A DNA stretch of 64,000 nt from Candidatus Nezhaarchaeota archaeon (GCA_030055465.1 JASFYF010000001.1:764526-828525); one strand, 5' to 3'; counted from the stretch's first letter, positions 30,195-41,367 are shown. The notes: generated from the letters alone by a model not told the origin. Program-made: numbers and translations.

Positions 30195-31219
30195 ATGAAA
30201 AGTTTCCCCCTACTCCCTGAATACCTCTTCTTCGACGAGATTCAAGCCCTAGAAAATTGGCAAAAAGCAATTTACACCCTTTATGAGAGGAAAAGACACT
30301 ATATTTTCATAACAGGCTCTTCATCAAAACTATTAAGTAGAGAGATAGCCACGCAGCTTCGGGGACGGGCGGTTACGGTAAAAGTTCATCCCTTCTCCTT
30401 TGCAGAAATCCTATCATTAAACAACATACCTTGTAAAAAATACTACACAAACTATGAAATTGGGCAAATAAAAAACCTTGCCAGAAACTACATTGAGAGA
30501 GGCGGATTCCCAGACATAGTCCTCGGGCATGTTTTCCCATCAACATTTTTCAGGGATTACCTCGACCTAATAGTCTACAGGGACATCATTGAAAGGTATG
30601 GAATCAAAAACAGACACGCCCTGGACTTCACCATAAAATCAATCCTATCATCCTTCACCAAAACATTCTCAGTAAACAAGACCTTCAACGCCCTTAAGTC
30701 AATAGGCGCCAAAGTAAGCAAGAAAACCCTCTACAGCTTTCAGAAAATCCTTGAAGACATAGGATTCGCAATCTTCCTGAAAAAATCGACAAAAGCCTAA
30801 GAAAAACTGAACTAACCATGCCAAAGGCATACCTAACAGATAATGGAATTTTCCGATTCACAGAATACAGGCTAGATATGGGAAAACTACTGGAAAACGC
30901 GGTTCTGCAGGAACTGTGCAAAATTGGCCTTGAACCAAACCGGGACATCTTCTACTGGAGAGACAACACAGGCAAAGAGGTTGACTTCATAATCCGAGAA
31001 GAAAGGATCAAGCAGCTGTTCCAAGTAACCTATGCCTCTGACGCAGGTGAAATCGAAAACAGAGAAATCGAATCAATGCTGAAAGCAAGCAACCAGCTAA
31101 ACTGCAACAACCTAAACATGATAACATGGGACTATGAAGACGAAAAACGATACGCAAACAAGACAATAAAATTCACACCCTTCTGGAAATGGGCGATAAA
31201 CTTGCACCATACACACTAA
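30195..31219 (+). pseudogene. AAA_14/DUF4143 ATP-binding protein, 5'-deleted and frameshifted
   Basis: [46 protein letters not shown]; no Walker A; frameshift near 30786. Confidence 0.85.
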
Positions 31220-31359
31220 ACAAAGCTCATATTTCCTAATGTGAAGCACAACGCAAGCCATCCAAGGCTGATGAGCATTTAGTTTATCATACCTAAAATT
31301 CAAATTTTAGTAAAGTACACTATATGTTAAGCGAGAACGTTTAACGCTTCAATGAATGA

Positions 31360-31830
31360 CGGTTTACCGGATCACTTAGTAGTTAACTGGGAAAGCAGCC
31401 GCAGGATAGCCGAATATATTTGAAACTTCGTCATCGACAGGGTTGTCCTGAAGGATATCCCTGCAGTGTTTAGGACGCGGATCGTTGCCCTCATGGAAAA
31501 CATTTTAGGGATTATCCTATCCAACCATGGAAGCCTAATAAACGTTAACGCCCTCTCCCAGAGCCTCGGCGAGAACAAAATAACCATATTAAACTACCTT
31601 AAATACCTAGAATCTTCAATGCTAATTAGGACGCTTTCAAAGTTCAGGCATTCTGAATGGCGGCCTCAAGAAAGCTGAAGAAATATTATCCGATATCCCC
31701 ATCCCTAACATTCGCCATCCCTAACCAAAGCCTTGAGGCGAAAATGGGCAGCATGCTGGAAACATAAGCCGTAAACGCCTCAGAAGCCGAATACTTAGAG
31801 GCGCAGGCGAAGAAGTTAACATAATCCTCA
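31360..31830 (+). pseudogene. Fragment of a second AAA_14/DUF4143 ATPase
   Basis: DRVVLKDIP...GSLINVNALS...TILNYLKYLESSMLI...RKLKKYY with stops and frameshifts. Confidence 0.65.
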
Positions 31831-31866
31831 AAAAGGATAAGCTTCTTCCAACAGAGGTAAAAACGG

Positions 31867-32542
31867 TTATACATGCGTATAAACTTCTATGTTCAGCCGC
31901 TTAGATGCCTCTAATGCCTTATCATCAACATAGGGCGTCACAATTAACAGTCTATCTGGCTTTCTACCCGTCTTCTCCATGTACAGCTCTGCCTTCCTCC
32001 TAAGCTGGTATACATCTGAAGCCTTCACATGGGATGCTACCTCAATCAATATCACCTTACCATCTTTCACAGCGATATCAACCTCCACCTCACTCGGGTA
32101 ACCAAAAAAACCTTCCATCCTCATCATAAGCCCTCCACTTCTCAACCGTAAAGCCAAACTCCTTGCCTAGCAACCCCTCTAACTCCTCTCTAAAGGCCTC
32201 CTCAGCCATCAAACCCCACCTGGCGCCCAAAGCTGAAATATGCCTCTCAATCAGCATGAAACCCCTATTCATATCCTCCATAAGCCTAGCAAACTCCTCG
32301 TCATGTCGTTTGAATCCGGCATTCATGTCCTCTCTAAGCTTGGCAAGCTCCTCGATACGTTTCGTAAGTATTTCCTCGTGTCTGTCAAGTCTGGCTAAAA
32401 TTTCATTAAACTTCCTGTCATGCTCCTCAAGTCTCCTTAGAACCTCAGCTAGCCCTATGTAGCCTGCCACTGCATACCTAAACTCCTCATCTTCCCTCAA
32501 GAGGCTTAGAAGCTTGGCCTTTAACTCGTTCGCTTCAATCAT
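31867..32542 (-). pseudogene. Archaeal coiled-coil PD-(D/E)XK protein (DUF3782/DUF1626-like), frameshifted
   Basis: LLREDEEFRYAVAG, heptad repeats, ALGARWG..AEEAFR, then GYPSEVEVDIAVKDG..LIEV in another frame; shift at a T7 run (A7 at 32104-32110). Confidence 0.85.
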
Positions 32543-33775
32543 ACATGAATGTTAAAATACGCATCACCTATTTAAACATCAGTCTGAACGTGTAAACAAG
32601 TTGTCTGCAAAAGAGTGTGGAGACAGGCTGTTCAGCGCATTCCAAAGCGTACCATCAAAATCTTTCATCATACGTGCTGTAGGGCTGCTGGATAATGATG
32701 CGGCTGTTGATGCATGGCTGGCTTGTTGTGGTCTGCAGCGTATTTTGGAGCTTCTTGCTGGTTGCCGCAAAACATTTATTAGGGTGTTTCATGGTGAAGT
32801 GAGGGCTGTTATCCGGCTTGAAAGGGATGTAATGGATGATCCTGCTTTACGTGGCACTTGCCACGGGAGCTGCTGCATTAGCCGTTGTGGCATGGCTTGC
32901 CTGGAAGGGTTTTAAGCGAGCCCCCGGGCAACCCCCGCATGGTTGAGGTGTCGGGCTACATTAGGGAAAGCGCTGAAGCGTTTATCCGCAGGCAGTTCAG
33001 CACCATAGCCGCTGCTATAGGGCTGCTGCTTATACCCTTCGCCCTGCTGGATGTTCGGGCAGCGTTCTCTTTTGTACTGGGCTCATGTCTCTCGCTTCTC
33101 GCCGCCTATATAGGCCTACGCATAGCTGTTGAGGCCAATGTGAGAACAGCCCATGCGGCAACAGCTTCGCCTCTTAAAGCCTTCAACATAGCCTTCAGCG
33201 GCGGCTCCGTCACCGGGTTGTCCGTGGTGGGTCTAAGCCTGATAGGCGTATGCTCCCTTTACCTGCTCTATGGGGAAGCCAGCCCAATAGTAAGCTTCGG
33301 CTTCGGTGCAAGCCTCACGGCGCTGTTCGCCCAGCTTGGAGGCGGAATATTCACTAAGGCGGCTGACATAGGCGCGGACCTTGTGGGCAAGGTGGAACGC
33401 CACATCCCCGAGGATGACCCGCGTAACCCCGCGGTCATCGCAGACCTTGTAGGCGATAATGTGGGTGACTGCGCCGGCAGGGGCGCTGATCTTTTCGAGT
33501 CGATGAGCAACGACTACATAACCGCCCTAATCCTCGGGGCGCTGGTGTCATGGCAGTATAGCCAGGCAGCCATGGCTTTTCCCTTCATGCTGGGCGCCGG
33601 AGGCATAATAGCAGCCGTAGCCGCCATAGCCCTTGTGAGAATGTGGGGCGATGGAAAGCCCATTTCAAAATTCAACCTGGGATTATTTGCAACTTCGCTT
33701 TTCCGTGTTCTGGGCTCGCTGGTCGCCTGCGCCGTCACCATAGGCGACTTGAAGATTCTCGCGGCAACCGTTGGG

Positions 33776-34999
33776 TGGACAGCAGTCCTAAATAGATAGA
33801 TTTTTGTAGACGTTTTAGTGTATACTCTATTCGTGGAGATAGTCCTCAGCGTTCCATTTGTTTACAAGGTTAACGATGAAGTTAGAAAGCTCTTAGAGGA
33901 CTTCAGAGATATGGTGAACTTCTGCGTAGGCTTTGCCGCTGAGAGGAGGATAACTTCTTACGCCAGGCTTAGAAAGAGCGTTTACGAAGAGTGGAAGGGG
34001 AGGGGGATTACTCCACTCACTACTGTCATTCAGCATGTAAAATAGCCTTAGCTATGCTCAAAAGCTTTAGGAGGCTTAAGCGTAAGGGATTAGCCAAGTT
34101 TGACAGGCCTGAAGCTAAAAAGCTCTTCATGCAACTCGACCCGCAACTGTACAAGTTTTACGGTGATAGGATCAGGATATCCGTTAAGCCCAGAAAGTTT
34201 CTCTTCATAGAGTTGAAGTATGGTGAATATCAAAAGAAGTTCATAGATGCTTGGAAAGAGGGGAAGTTGAGGACTGGAGAGGTCACCATAAATGAAACGA
34301 AGATAATTATACCGTTCAAGAAGGAGGTTGACCTCACCAATCCAAGCGACTGGATGGCGATAGACGTCAACGAGTCCAATGTTACTGGAGTGAGCACAAA
34401 CCCTCACATCATGAGGGTTGAAAGCAGCTTGAGGACGATTCACACAACCTACTTCAGCATCATTAGGCGAATTCAAAGGCTGGGGAAATACAAGCCGGAG
34501 ACCACTGAGAGGTTGCTTAAGAGATATTCTAATAGGAGAAAGTCTAAGGCTAGAGACGAATGCCACAAAATATCTAGAAAAATCGTGGATTTTGCCAAGC
34601 AACACGGCTTTGGCATAATCATAGAGGATCTCAAGGGAATTAGGAGAAGAATTAACTGAATTAACTACGGTAAAAACCTCAACCGTAGGCTGCATTCCTG
34701 GAACTTCAGGAGGATGCAGTTCTACATAGAGTACAAAGCTAAGCTTGAAGGTTTGCCAGTCGTATACATCAATCCTAAAGACACTTCAAGCCTATGCCCG
34801 ATATGTGGCGGCAGGCTAGCGTCGAATGGGTATAGGCTTCTGAAATGTGAAAAATGTAGATATGAAAACGATAGAGACATAACCGCTTGCCTAAACCTAC
34901 TCAGGATGAGGGGAGCCCCGTTGCCCCCGAAAGCCCTCTATGACCCTCAGATAATAGAGGTGAGGGGGAAGGGATGAAAATCTATGAATCCCACAACGG
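33776..34999 (+). mobile_element. Non-autonomous TnpB-only element of IS607 type inserted at TGGG
   Basis: Removing 33776-34999 restores the hppA frame (ACC GTT GGG|TTG GTT GCA); GG present at both junctions. Confidence 0.88.
33818..34977 (+). pseudogene. tnpB: TnpB with RuvC D/E/D retained but frameshifted and prematurely stopped
   Basis: AIDVN, IEDLKG, IEYKAKLEG, TSSLCPICG, NDRDITACLNL; frameshift near 34000; stop created by a 9-bp duplication. Confidence 0.9.
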
Positions 35000-36222
35000 T
35001 TGGTTGCAAGCCTTGTGGTAGGTGTTGCCGTACAGTACTACACGGAGATTAACGGTCCAGTTATCAGGGAGGTTACGGAGTCGTCTAGAGCAGGATCCGC
35101 CATAAACATTCTAACAGGCATGGCCTACGCTCTTCAAAGTCCCTTCCTGCCCATATTGTTCATAGCCGCAGCCGTGGGGTTAGCCTACATCCTAACCGGC
35201 GGGTCCCTGTATGCCGTTTTAGGGGGTTAACCTTGGAACGGACTTGGCCATAGGATTCATAATGTCAGGCGACGCCTTCGGCCCCATATGCGACAACGCG
35301 GACGGCATAGCTGAGATTGTCTCAAACCCGCACCGTTGGGCTTGACGAGCTTGACGCTCTTGGAAACACTACGAAGGCGTATACCAAGGCCTCCGCAACC
35401 TCCTCAGGCATGGTTTCAACCATGGTGATGTTCATCACCTTCGCGCGGCTTGTAAACCTTCATGAGAACAGCCATAACATTCTAAGCCCAATATTCATAG
35501 CGGGCCTCCTATTCGGCGCCATGCTGCCCTTCACCTACTCATCCTTGGCTATTAAGGCGACAAGCAAAACAGCCTACAAGATTGTGGATGAGGTGCGAAG
35601 GCAGTTCAGGGATAACCCAGGCATACTGGAGGGCAAATCCAAGCCTAACTACGCAAGAGATGCGTGGACCTCGCAACGAAGCATGCGCTTAGGAACATGA
35701 TGGCCCCAGCCTCGTTAGCTATACTCCCGCCCATAGCCGTGGGGCTAATCCTGGGAAGACACGTTTCAGGCGGGCTCCTTCTCGGCTGCCTCATCTCCTC
35801 CGTGCTGCTCTCCTCCTTCATCTTCGGCGGAGGCATATGGGATAACAGCAAAAATAAATTGAAAAAACTGGATGAAAAACACCCCAATCCACGAGGCGGC
35901 GGTGGCAGGAGACATCGTAGGCGATCCCCTAAAAGACGTGGCAGGCCCATCGCTCAACATATTCATGAAACTAACAACCATAACCGCCCTACTAATAGCC
36001 CCCTTCATAATACCCTAAAGCATCTCCACCACACATAAACGGGGACTGTGAAGCCGCAACGCTATATGAAGGGCGCATGTAAGCAGCCCTGAACAGGAGG
36101 GCCATCAAGAATCATCCTCAAGCATCCCCCAGCGTAAGCCTGGGTCAACTGTGAAAAAACGACGGGGTATCGATTTTGTAGCCCTCGTCAGCCGTTAAAA
36201 TCGGTTTTCCCGGAAATGTTAA

Positions 36223-36257
36223 GTATCAGGGGTGATACATTGTATCAGGGGTGATAC
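36223..36257. promoter_or_regulatory. Twice-repeated palindrome GTATCAGGGGTGATAC overlapping the ATPase start
   Basis: Identical 16-mers at 36223-36238 and 36242-36257, each with arms GTATCA/TGATAC. Confidence 0.6.
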
Positions 36258-37360
36258 TTCTGCTCTTCGATCCCAGACCTAAAGAACACATGGAGGAGCT
36301 TTTCGACAGGGAGGAGGAATTGAAGCTGCTCAGGAAGGCAATATCCACTCCATTAACGCTGCTCTTAGGTGTCAGAAGGGTTGGCAAAACCTCCCTTTTA
36401 AAGTCCTTCTTGAACAGCCTAGGCGCCCCCTATGTATACCTTGATCTGAGGGTTTTGGAGGATGGAGGATACAGCAGGGCGCAGCTGTATCGATTGCTTT
36501 CAGACTCCGTTTCCAATTGTATATCCAAATGGAAGAAGATGCTTGATTGCTTCAGAGGCATAAAAGGCGTCAGCATTTCCGGCTTCAGTGTGGAATTTGA
36601 CTGGAGAGAACAAACCCTCACCCTAACAGCCCTCCTAAATAAACTAAATGATTACGCGCTGAACAGGACAGATGAGGGTTTCCTCATTATCTCCTTTGAC
36701 GAGGCACAGTTTCTAAGGCTTCTGGCAGGCGGCAAGGGAAGAATAGACTTTAGAGGCATAATGGCTTACGCCTATGACAACCTAAGAGGCTTAAGGTTTA
36801 TACTCACAGGATCCGAGGTTGGGCTGTTACTGCACTTTCTAAGGCTTGACGATGCTTCAAGCCCACTATATGGGAGATACGCCAGCATCGTAAGGGTTGA
36901 AAGGTTCCCAAGGGACAGGTCGATTGAATTCCTGAGAAGAGGCTTCATGGAAGCCAACCTGCCCATAAGCGATGATGCATTAGATGCCATTGTGGATAAG
37001 GTTGACGGCATCCCAGGCTGGTTAACCTACTTCGGCTATATGTGCCTTGAATCCGGAGGCGCATCGAAAGAAGCCATCAAAGCCGTAACGGAAAAAGCAT
37101 TAGGGCTCGTTGAAAGGGAACTTAAAGAACTTTTCAAAAGATCCAGCCAATACAAGCATGTACTCAAAGCCATCTCCCTCGAAGCAAACTCGTGGAGTAA
37201 CATCAAAAGAACTGTTGAAGCATGGATCGGGAGAAGACTCACAAATGCAGAGACAACCAGATTCCTCAATACGCTGATAAACCTAAGTATTGTGGAAAAA
37301 ACAGACGGCGAATACAAAATAGCTGACCCGTTAATAGCGGAATATTGCAGAAAAATCTGA
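36251..37360 (+). CDS. Archaeal ATPase (ATPase_2-like, C-terminal winged helix)
   Basis: FDPRPK..ELFDREEEL, GVRRVGKTS, FDEAQ, LTGSEVG, PLYGR, DGIPGWL, YKIADP. Confidence 0.92.
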   Translation: MILLLFDPRPKEHMEELFDREEELKLLRKAISTPLTLLLGVRRVGKTSLLKSFLNSLGAPYVYLDLRVLEDGGYSRAQLYRLLSDSVSNCISKWKKMLDCFRGIKGVSISGFSVEFDWREQTLTLTALLNKLNDYALNRTDEGFLIISFDEAQFLRLLAGGKGRIDFRGIMAYAYDNLRGLRFILTGSEVGLLLHFLRLDDASSPLYGRYASIVRVERFPRDRSIEFLRRGFMEANLPISDDALDAIVDKVDGIPGWLTYFGYMCLESGGASKEAIKAVTEKALGLVERELKELFKRSSQYKHVLKAISLEANSWSNIKRTVEAWIGRRLTNAETTRFLNTLINLSIVEKTDGEYKIADPLIAEYCRKI

Positions 37361-37607
37361 TACCCCTCCAATAAGCAGGTGATCAATAGGCACCTTAAAA
37401 CATGGTTGAGTGTAAGCGCCGAACTAACGTGAAAAACCGGGGGGGGGGTGCTGATTTTAGAGCCCATATCAGCCTACAAAATCACGCTCAAGACGGCGTA
37501 GCATGCCAGTTTTCCCCAAAGCAGCAGGCGAAATGTCCAAGCCTTCAAGAGCCTGTTGAAGACGGATAATTTAAAAGGGGGAATAAGGGCAACTTTCAAA
37601 GTGTGAT

Positions 37608-38531
37608 ATGAAAGTGCTTATTACTGGCGGCGCAGGCTTCATAGGGCATAACACTGCAGTTTACCTTAAAAATCAGGGCTACGAGGTAGCCGCATTTGAC
37701 AACCTTAAAAGGGCCACAGGATACGCCGTTGAAAGGCTGAAGATGCATCGCGTGCCCCTCATTAAGGGCGACATACTAAGCCTCAGAGCTTTAAAAAAAG
37801 CCTTAGCAGGCGTTGATGTGGTGGTGCATGCAGCCGCCTACATAAGCGTTGAAGAATCCCTAAAGAAGCCCGCCATGTACTTCAGAAACAATGTTGCAGG
37901 CACAGCCAACGTGGCCTATGCCTGCATGCGCGAAAGCGTGAAGCTCATCTACATCAGCAGCGCAGCCGTCTACGGCAACCCAGCCCATCTGCCGATAAGC
38001 GAATCCCACCCGGCGAATCCCATTTCACCCTATGGCCTATCAAAGCTCATGGGCGAGGAGACGGTGAACTTCCATGCACGGCGAGGCCTAAAACACGTTA
38101 CACTTAGGCTTTTCAACGTCTATGGGCCTGGGCAGAGCAGCAGCTACGCCGGCGTAATAACCCGCTTTATGGAGAGAATCAGGGCGAACAAGCCGCCCAT
38201 AATCCATGGGGATGGACAGCAAACCAGGGACTTCATACACGTTTACGACGTGGCGGAGGCCATAAAACTCTCCGTGGAAAAGCGCTTGGAGAACGAAACC
38301 CTCAACATAGCCACGGGAACCCCCCTCACCATAAGGATGCTGGCGGAGCTCACCATAAATCATGCAAACCTAAACCTAAAGCCAACATTCGCCAAGCCGC
38401 GGCCCGGCGACATAAAACACAGCTATGCAGACATATCAAAAGCCAAAAGGCTCCTGGGCTTTAATCCAAAAATAAACCTTGAACAGGGCTTAAAGGAGCT
38501 TTTAAAACTTAAAACATGCCTTTCCTCCTAA
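37608..38531 (+). CDS. galE: NAD-dependent epimerase/dehydratase (GalE-like)
   Basis: TGGAGFIG, SSAAVYG, PYGLSK, RLFNVYGP, GDGQQTRDFIHV, RPGDIKHS. Confidence 0.92.
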   Translation: MKVLITGGAGFIGHNTAVYLKNQGYEVAAFDNLKRATGYAVERLKMHRVPLIKGDILSLRALKKALAGVDVVVHAAAYISVEESLKKPAMYFRNNVAGTANVAYACMRESVKLIYISSAAVYGNPAHLPISESHPANPISPYGLSKLMGEETVNFHARRGLKHVTLRLFNVYGPGQSSSYAGVITRFMERIRANKPPIIHGDGQQTRDFIHVYDVAEAIKLSVEKRLENETLNIATGTPLTIRMLAELTINHANLNLKPTFAKPRPGDIKHSYADISKAKRLLGFNPKINLEQGLKELLKLKTCLSS

Positions 38532-38624
38532 ACACGGCTGCGAGGCGCCCATTCAAACCTACTCGGGCTTAAGGGTAATGTTTAAAATTGTGAAGCTCTA
38601 CAAGCACACTACAACGATAGGATC

Positions 38625-40160
38625 ATGACCTCAAACCATGTTGATGAGCGGGTGCTGGCCGCCGCTGAGGAGGCTGCGGGCGGAGCCTTCCACCTCTTCT
38701 GGGGAGGCAGCCTCGCCACGGTATTATCCGCCGTCTGCGCTATCCTCGTAGCCCGCCCCCTCGGCCCAGAGCAGTACGGCGTCTACTCGCTGGCACTGAT
38801 TGTTTCAGGCTTCCTCATGCTTTTCACGGACTACGGCGTAAGCCAGGCATTAACCCGCTTCATAGCCTTCCACACTTCAAGGGATGAACTGTACCGCGTG
38901 ATTCCGCTGCTCCGGAAGGCTTAGCCTTCAACCTGCAACCTGGCAACGTGCATCATCGTGTTCCTCGCAGGCTTCATCCTCGCGGAGCCCCCTACAAGCC
39001 TGCTCATCAACAGGCTGGAGATGACCAGCCTTGTTAGGATAACCCTTATCCTCGTGCTGGTTTATCCGCTTTCCACAGCCGTGGGACATGCGCTTCTGGG
39101 CTTCGGAGATATGAAGGGCTACGCCATGATAGATGTTGTCCACCAGGCCTTTAGAGCCCTGTTAAGCCCGCTTCTAATAGCCCTGGGCTTCGGCGTAACC
39201 GGCGCCGTAGCGGGATATGTGGTTGCATTCGCTGCCCGCTTCGCCGTAAGCCTAACTCTGCTTTATGGGCGTTATAGGCGGATTAAAGATGCAATTCCCT
39301 AAGGCGGCTCCGGCAGAGTTTTACATTCCATGATAGATTATGGCTTGCCGCTTTACCTGTCCAACACCCTTAACAGTTTCGTTACCACATTGCGAGGTGT
39401 AATCCTCGCCTACTTCACCACAAACGTGCTTATTGGAAACTTCAACACAGCCATGAACTTCGCCGTGCTCATAACCCTTGTTTCCTCGCTAGTAGCCACA
39501 GCCTTGTTCCCCGCGTTCTCCAAGCTGGACAGCAACGGCGGCGAAGCTGAAACCATGTTCACCTACTCCGTCAAGTACACTTCCGCCCTAATAATCCCCG
39601 CAGCAGCCTTCGTTTCCGCCATGTCCCGAGACCTAATATTCCTGCTTTATGGCGCAAGCCTTGGAAGATTCTTCAGCGGGTGGGCAACTCAAAAGTTAAC
39701 CTCAAGGCCATGCTGCTCTACGCAGGCATCTCTACCCTCAGCCATAGCGCTGACAAGCGCCCTCCAAGTTGAGGGGCTTTTAACCGCGATAATACTGGCT
39801 ACAGCCGCCTCAACCATTTACAGCCTAACGGTGGCCACCCGAAAGTGCAGCCTGCAGATTGACGTGAAAAGCTCAGCAGGCATATGTCTCGCCGCCTTTG
39901 TAGCAGAAGCTCCCGTAACTCCTCCTAGCCTTATATTCGCCGCTGCCTGGAATAGCGAACCTCGCATTAGCTGCTTTACATAACCGCCTATCTAACCCTC
40001 GCGCCGCCGCTAAAAATCGTAACTGGGAGGGGACCTTGAAACCCTAACCCGCATATTCTCAAAAGTCACCGTGCTGCGACCGATAGTGCATTTAATCTTA
40101 AGCTATGAGAACGGAATAATCAAGCTCATAAGCCTTGAAACGAGAACGAGCGGTAGCAAT
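38625..40160 (+). pseudogene. Wzx/MOP-family oligosaccharide flippase, fragmented
   Basis: ARPLGPEQYGVY, DYGVSQALTRF, YGLPLY, TALFPAFSKL, LIFLLYG; split over three or more ORFs by stops/frameshifts. Confidence 0.85.
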
Positions 40161-41040
40161 GAAAAGACATGATAAGGAAGCCCATTTAGGCTATGGAAAT
40201 CGCAATGGTTACGCGAGGTTTACGACCTAGTTAAAGCACATGCCTATGTTAATGCAGCTCTGCCTTGAAATCTTGTGAGAAGCACAGCACAATCCGTTAT
40301 AACTCTAGCCCTGTTGGTAGCTATAATAGCATCTTTAAGCGACGCAGTTAACCGCCTAACCTTTCAAGTTGAAACTATTAGAAGGCTCGTCGCCCGCGGT
40401 TCTAAGCGAAGGCTCTACTGCTTTCGGATAATAGAACGGACGCGGATCCGCCTCGAAGCTTGCCGGCCTAAACTACTTTGAATGTTTTATTCACAACTGG
40501 AACTTACAATCAAAAAAAAGAGGTGGACGCCCGTCAGGCTCTAAAACAAGCAGCGCAGCTGTTTGTCGAGAGACGTCAAAACTTCAGTGCCCAGGAGCGA
40601 CCATTTACGTGCTTTGGCCACATGTGCGAACATTGATGATGTAACCAATAATGTGAATTGGAGCGATGCGCTCGCGATGTCGTTTTGCGTTTGGCGGCCA
40701 AAGCACATAAATGGCCCGAAAGGGCGAATTCCCCACCCTATTTATGGTCCTCGAAGTTAAAGGGCTGTAGAGCCCATTTTTAAGGCAGCTTAAAATGTTG
40801 AAACTAGCTGCCTTGATTTTAGATGCGCAGAAAGCATGTTGAGCCATAAGTTGATTGCAAGAAAATTCAGGGATGTTGGCATCGACGTCCTCACCCCTTT
40901 TCGAAAACAAAGATGTGTACTTCACTAAGAGGAACGCGCTAAACATGGGCCTTCCAGGATAACGGGTAATCCCATTCACCATAGAACATACTGGTCTAAG
41001 GGCACATGGATAAAACTCATCGATCATATGGGATAGGTTA

Positions 41041-41367
41041 AAAGGAACTTGAAGAGCTGCTTAAAGGATCCAGCAACTACAAGCACGTGCTCAAAACCAT
41101 CCCCCTCGAAGCAAGCTCGTGGAGCAACGTCAAAAGAACTATCAAAGCTCATGGGCGAAGAAGCTGTAAAATCCTATGCACGGCGAGGCCTAAAACACGT
41201 TACACTTAGGCTTTTCAACGTCTATGGGCCTGGGCAGAGCAGCAGCTACGCCGGCGTAATAACCCGCTTTATGGAGAGAATCAGGGCGAACAAGCCGCCC
41301 ATAATCCATGGGGATGGACAGCAAACCAGGGACTTCATACACGTTTACGACGTGGCGGAGGCCATAA
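41041..41367 (+). repeat. Deleted duplicate of the ATPase-galE pair
   Basis: 41041-41140 resembles 37113-37213; 41176-41367 appears identical to 38074-38265. Confidence 0.85.

Larger units (their letters stand above)
32836..36018 (+). pseudogene. hppA: Membrane-bound H+-pyrophosphatase, interrupted by a TnpB element and several frameshifts
   Basis: [74 protein letters not shown]. Confidence 0.93.

Noticed and set aside
32579-32915. ORFs 32579 and 32601 upstream of hppA
   Set aside because: No motifs; the 3' part overlaps the frameshifted hppA N-terminus
33776-34999. Possible IStron (self-splicing intron plus IS607), since the insertion is in a coding gene
   Set aside because: Only about 40 bp precede tnpB, leaving no room for a group I intron core, and the host gene has since decayed
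36223-36257. Possible mini-CRISPR repeat
   Set aside because: Only two 16-bp copies 3 bp apart; no spacers and no cas genes
40180-41030. Short ORFs 40275, 40563 and 40605
   Set aside because: No recognisable motifs; more likely debris of decayed genes
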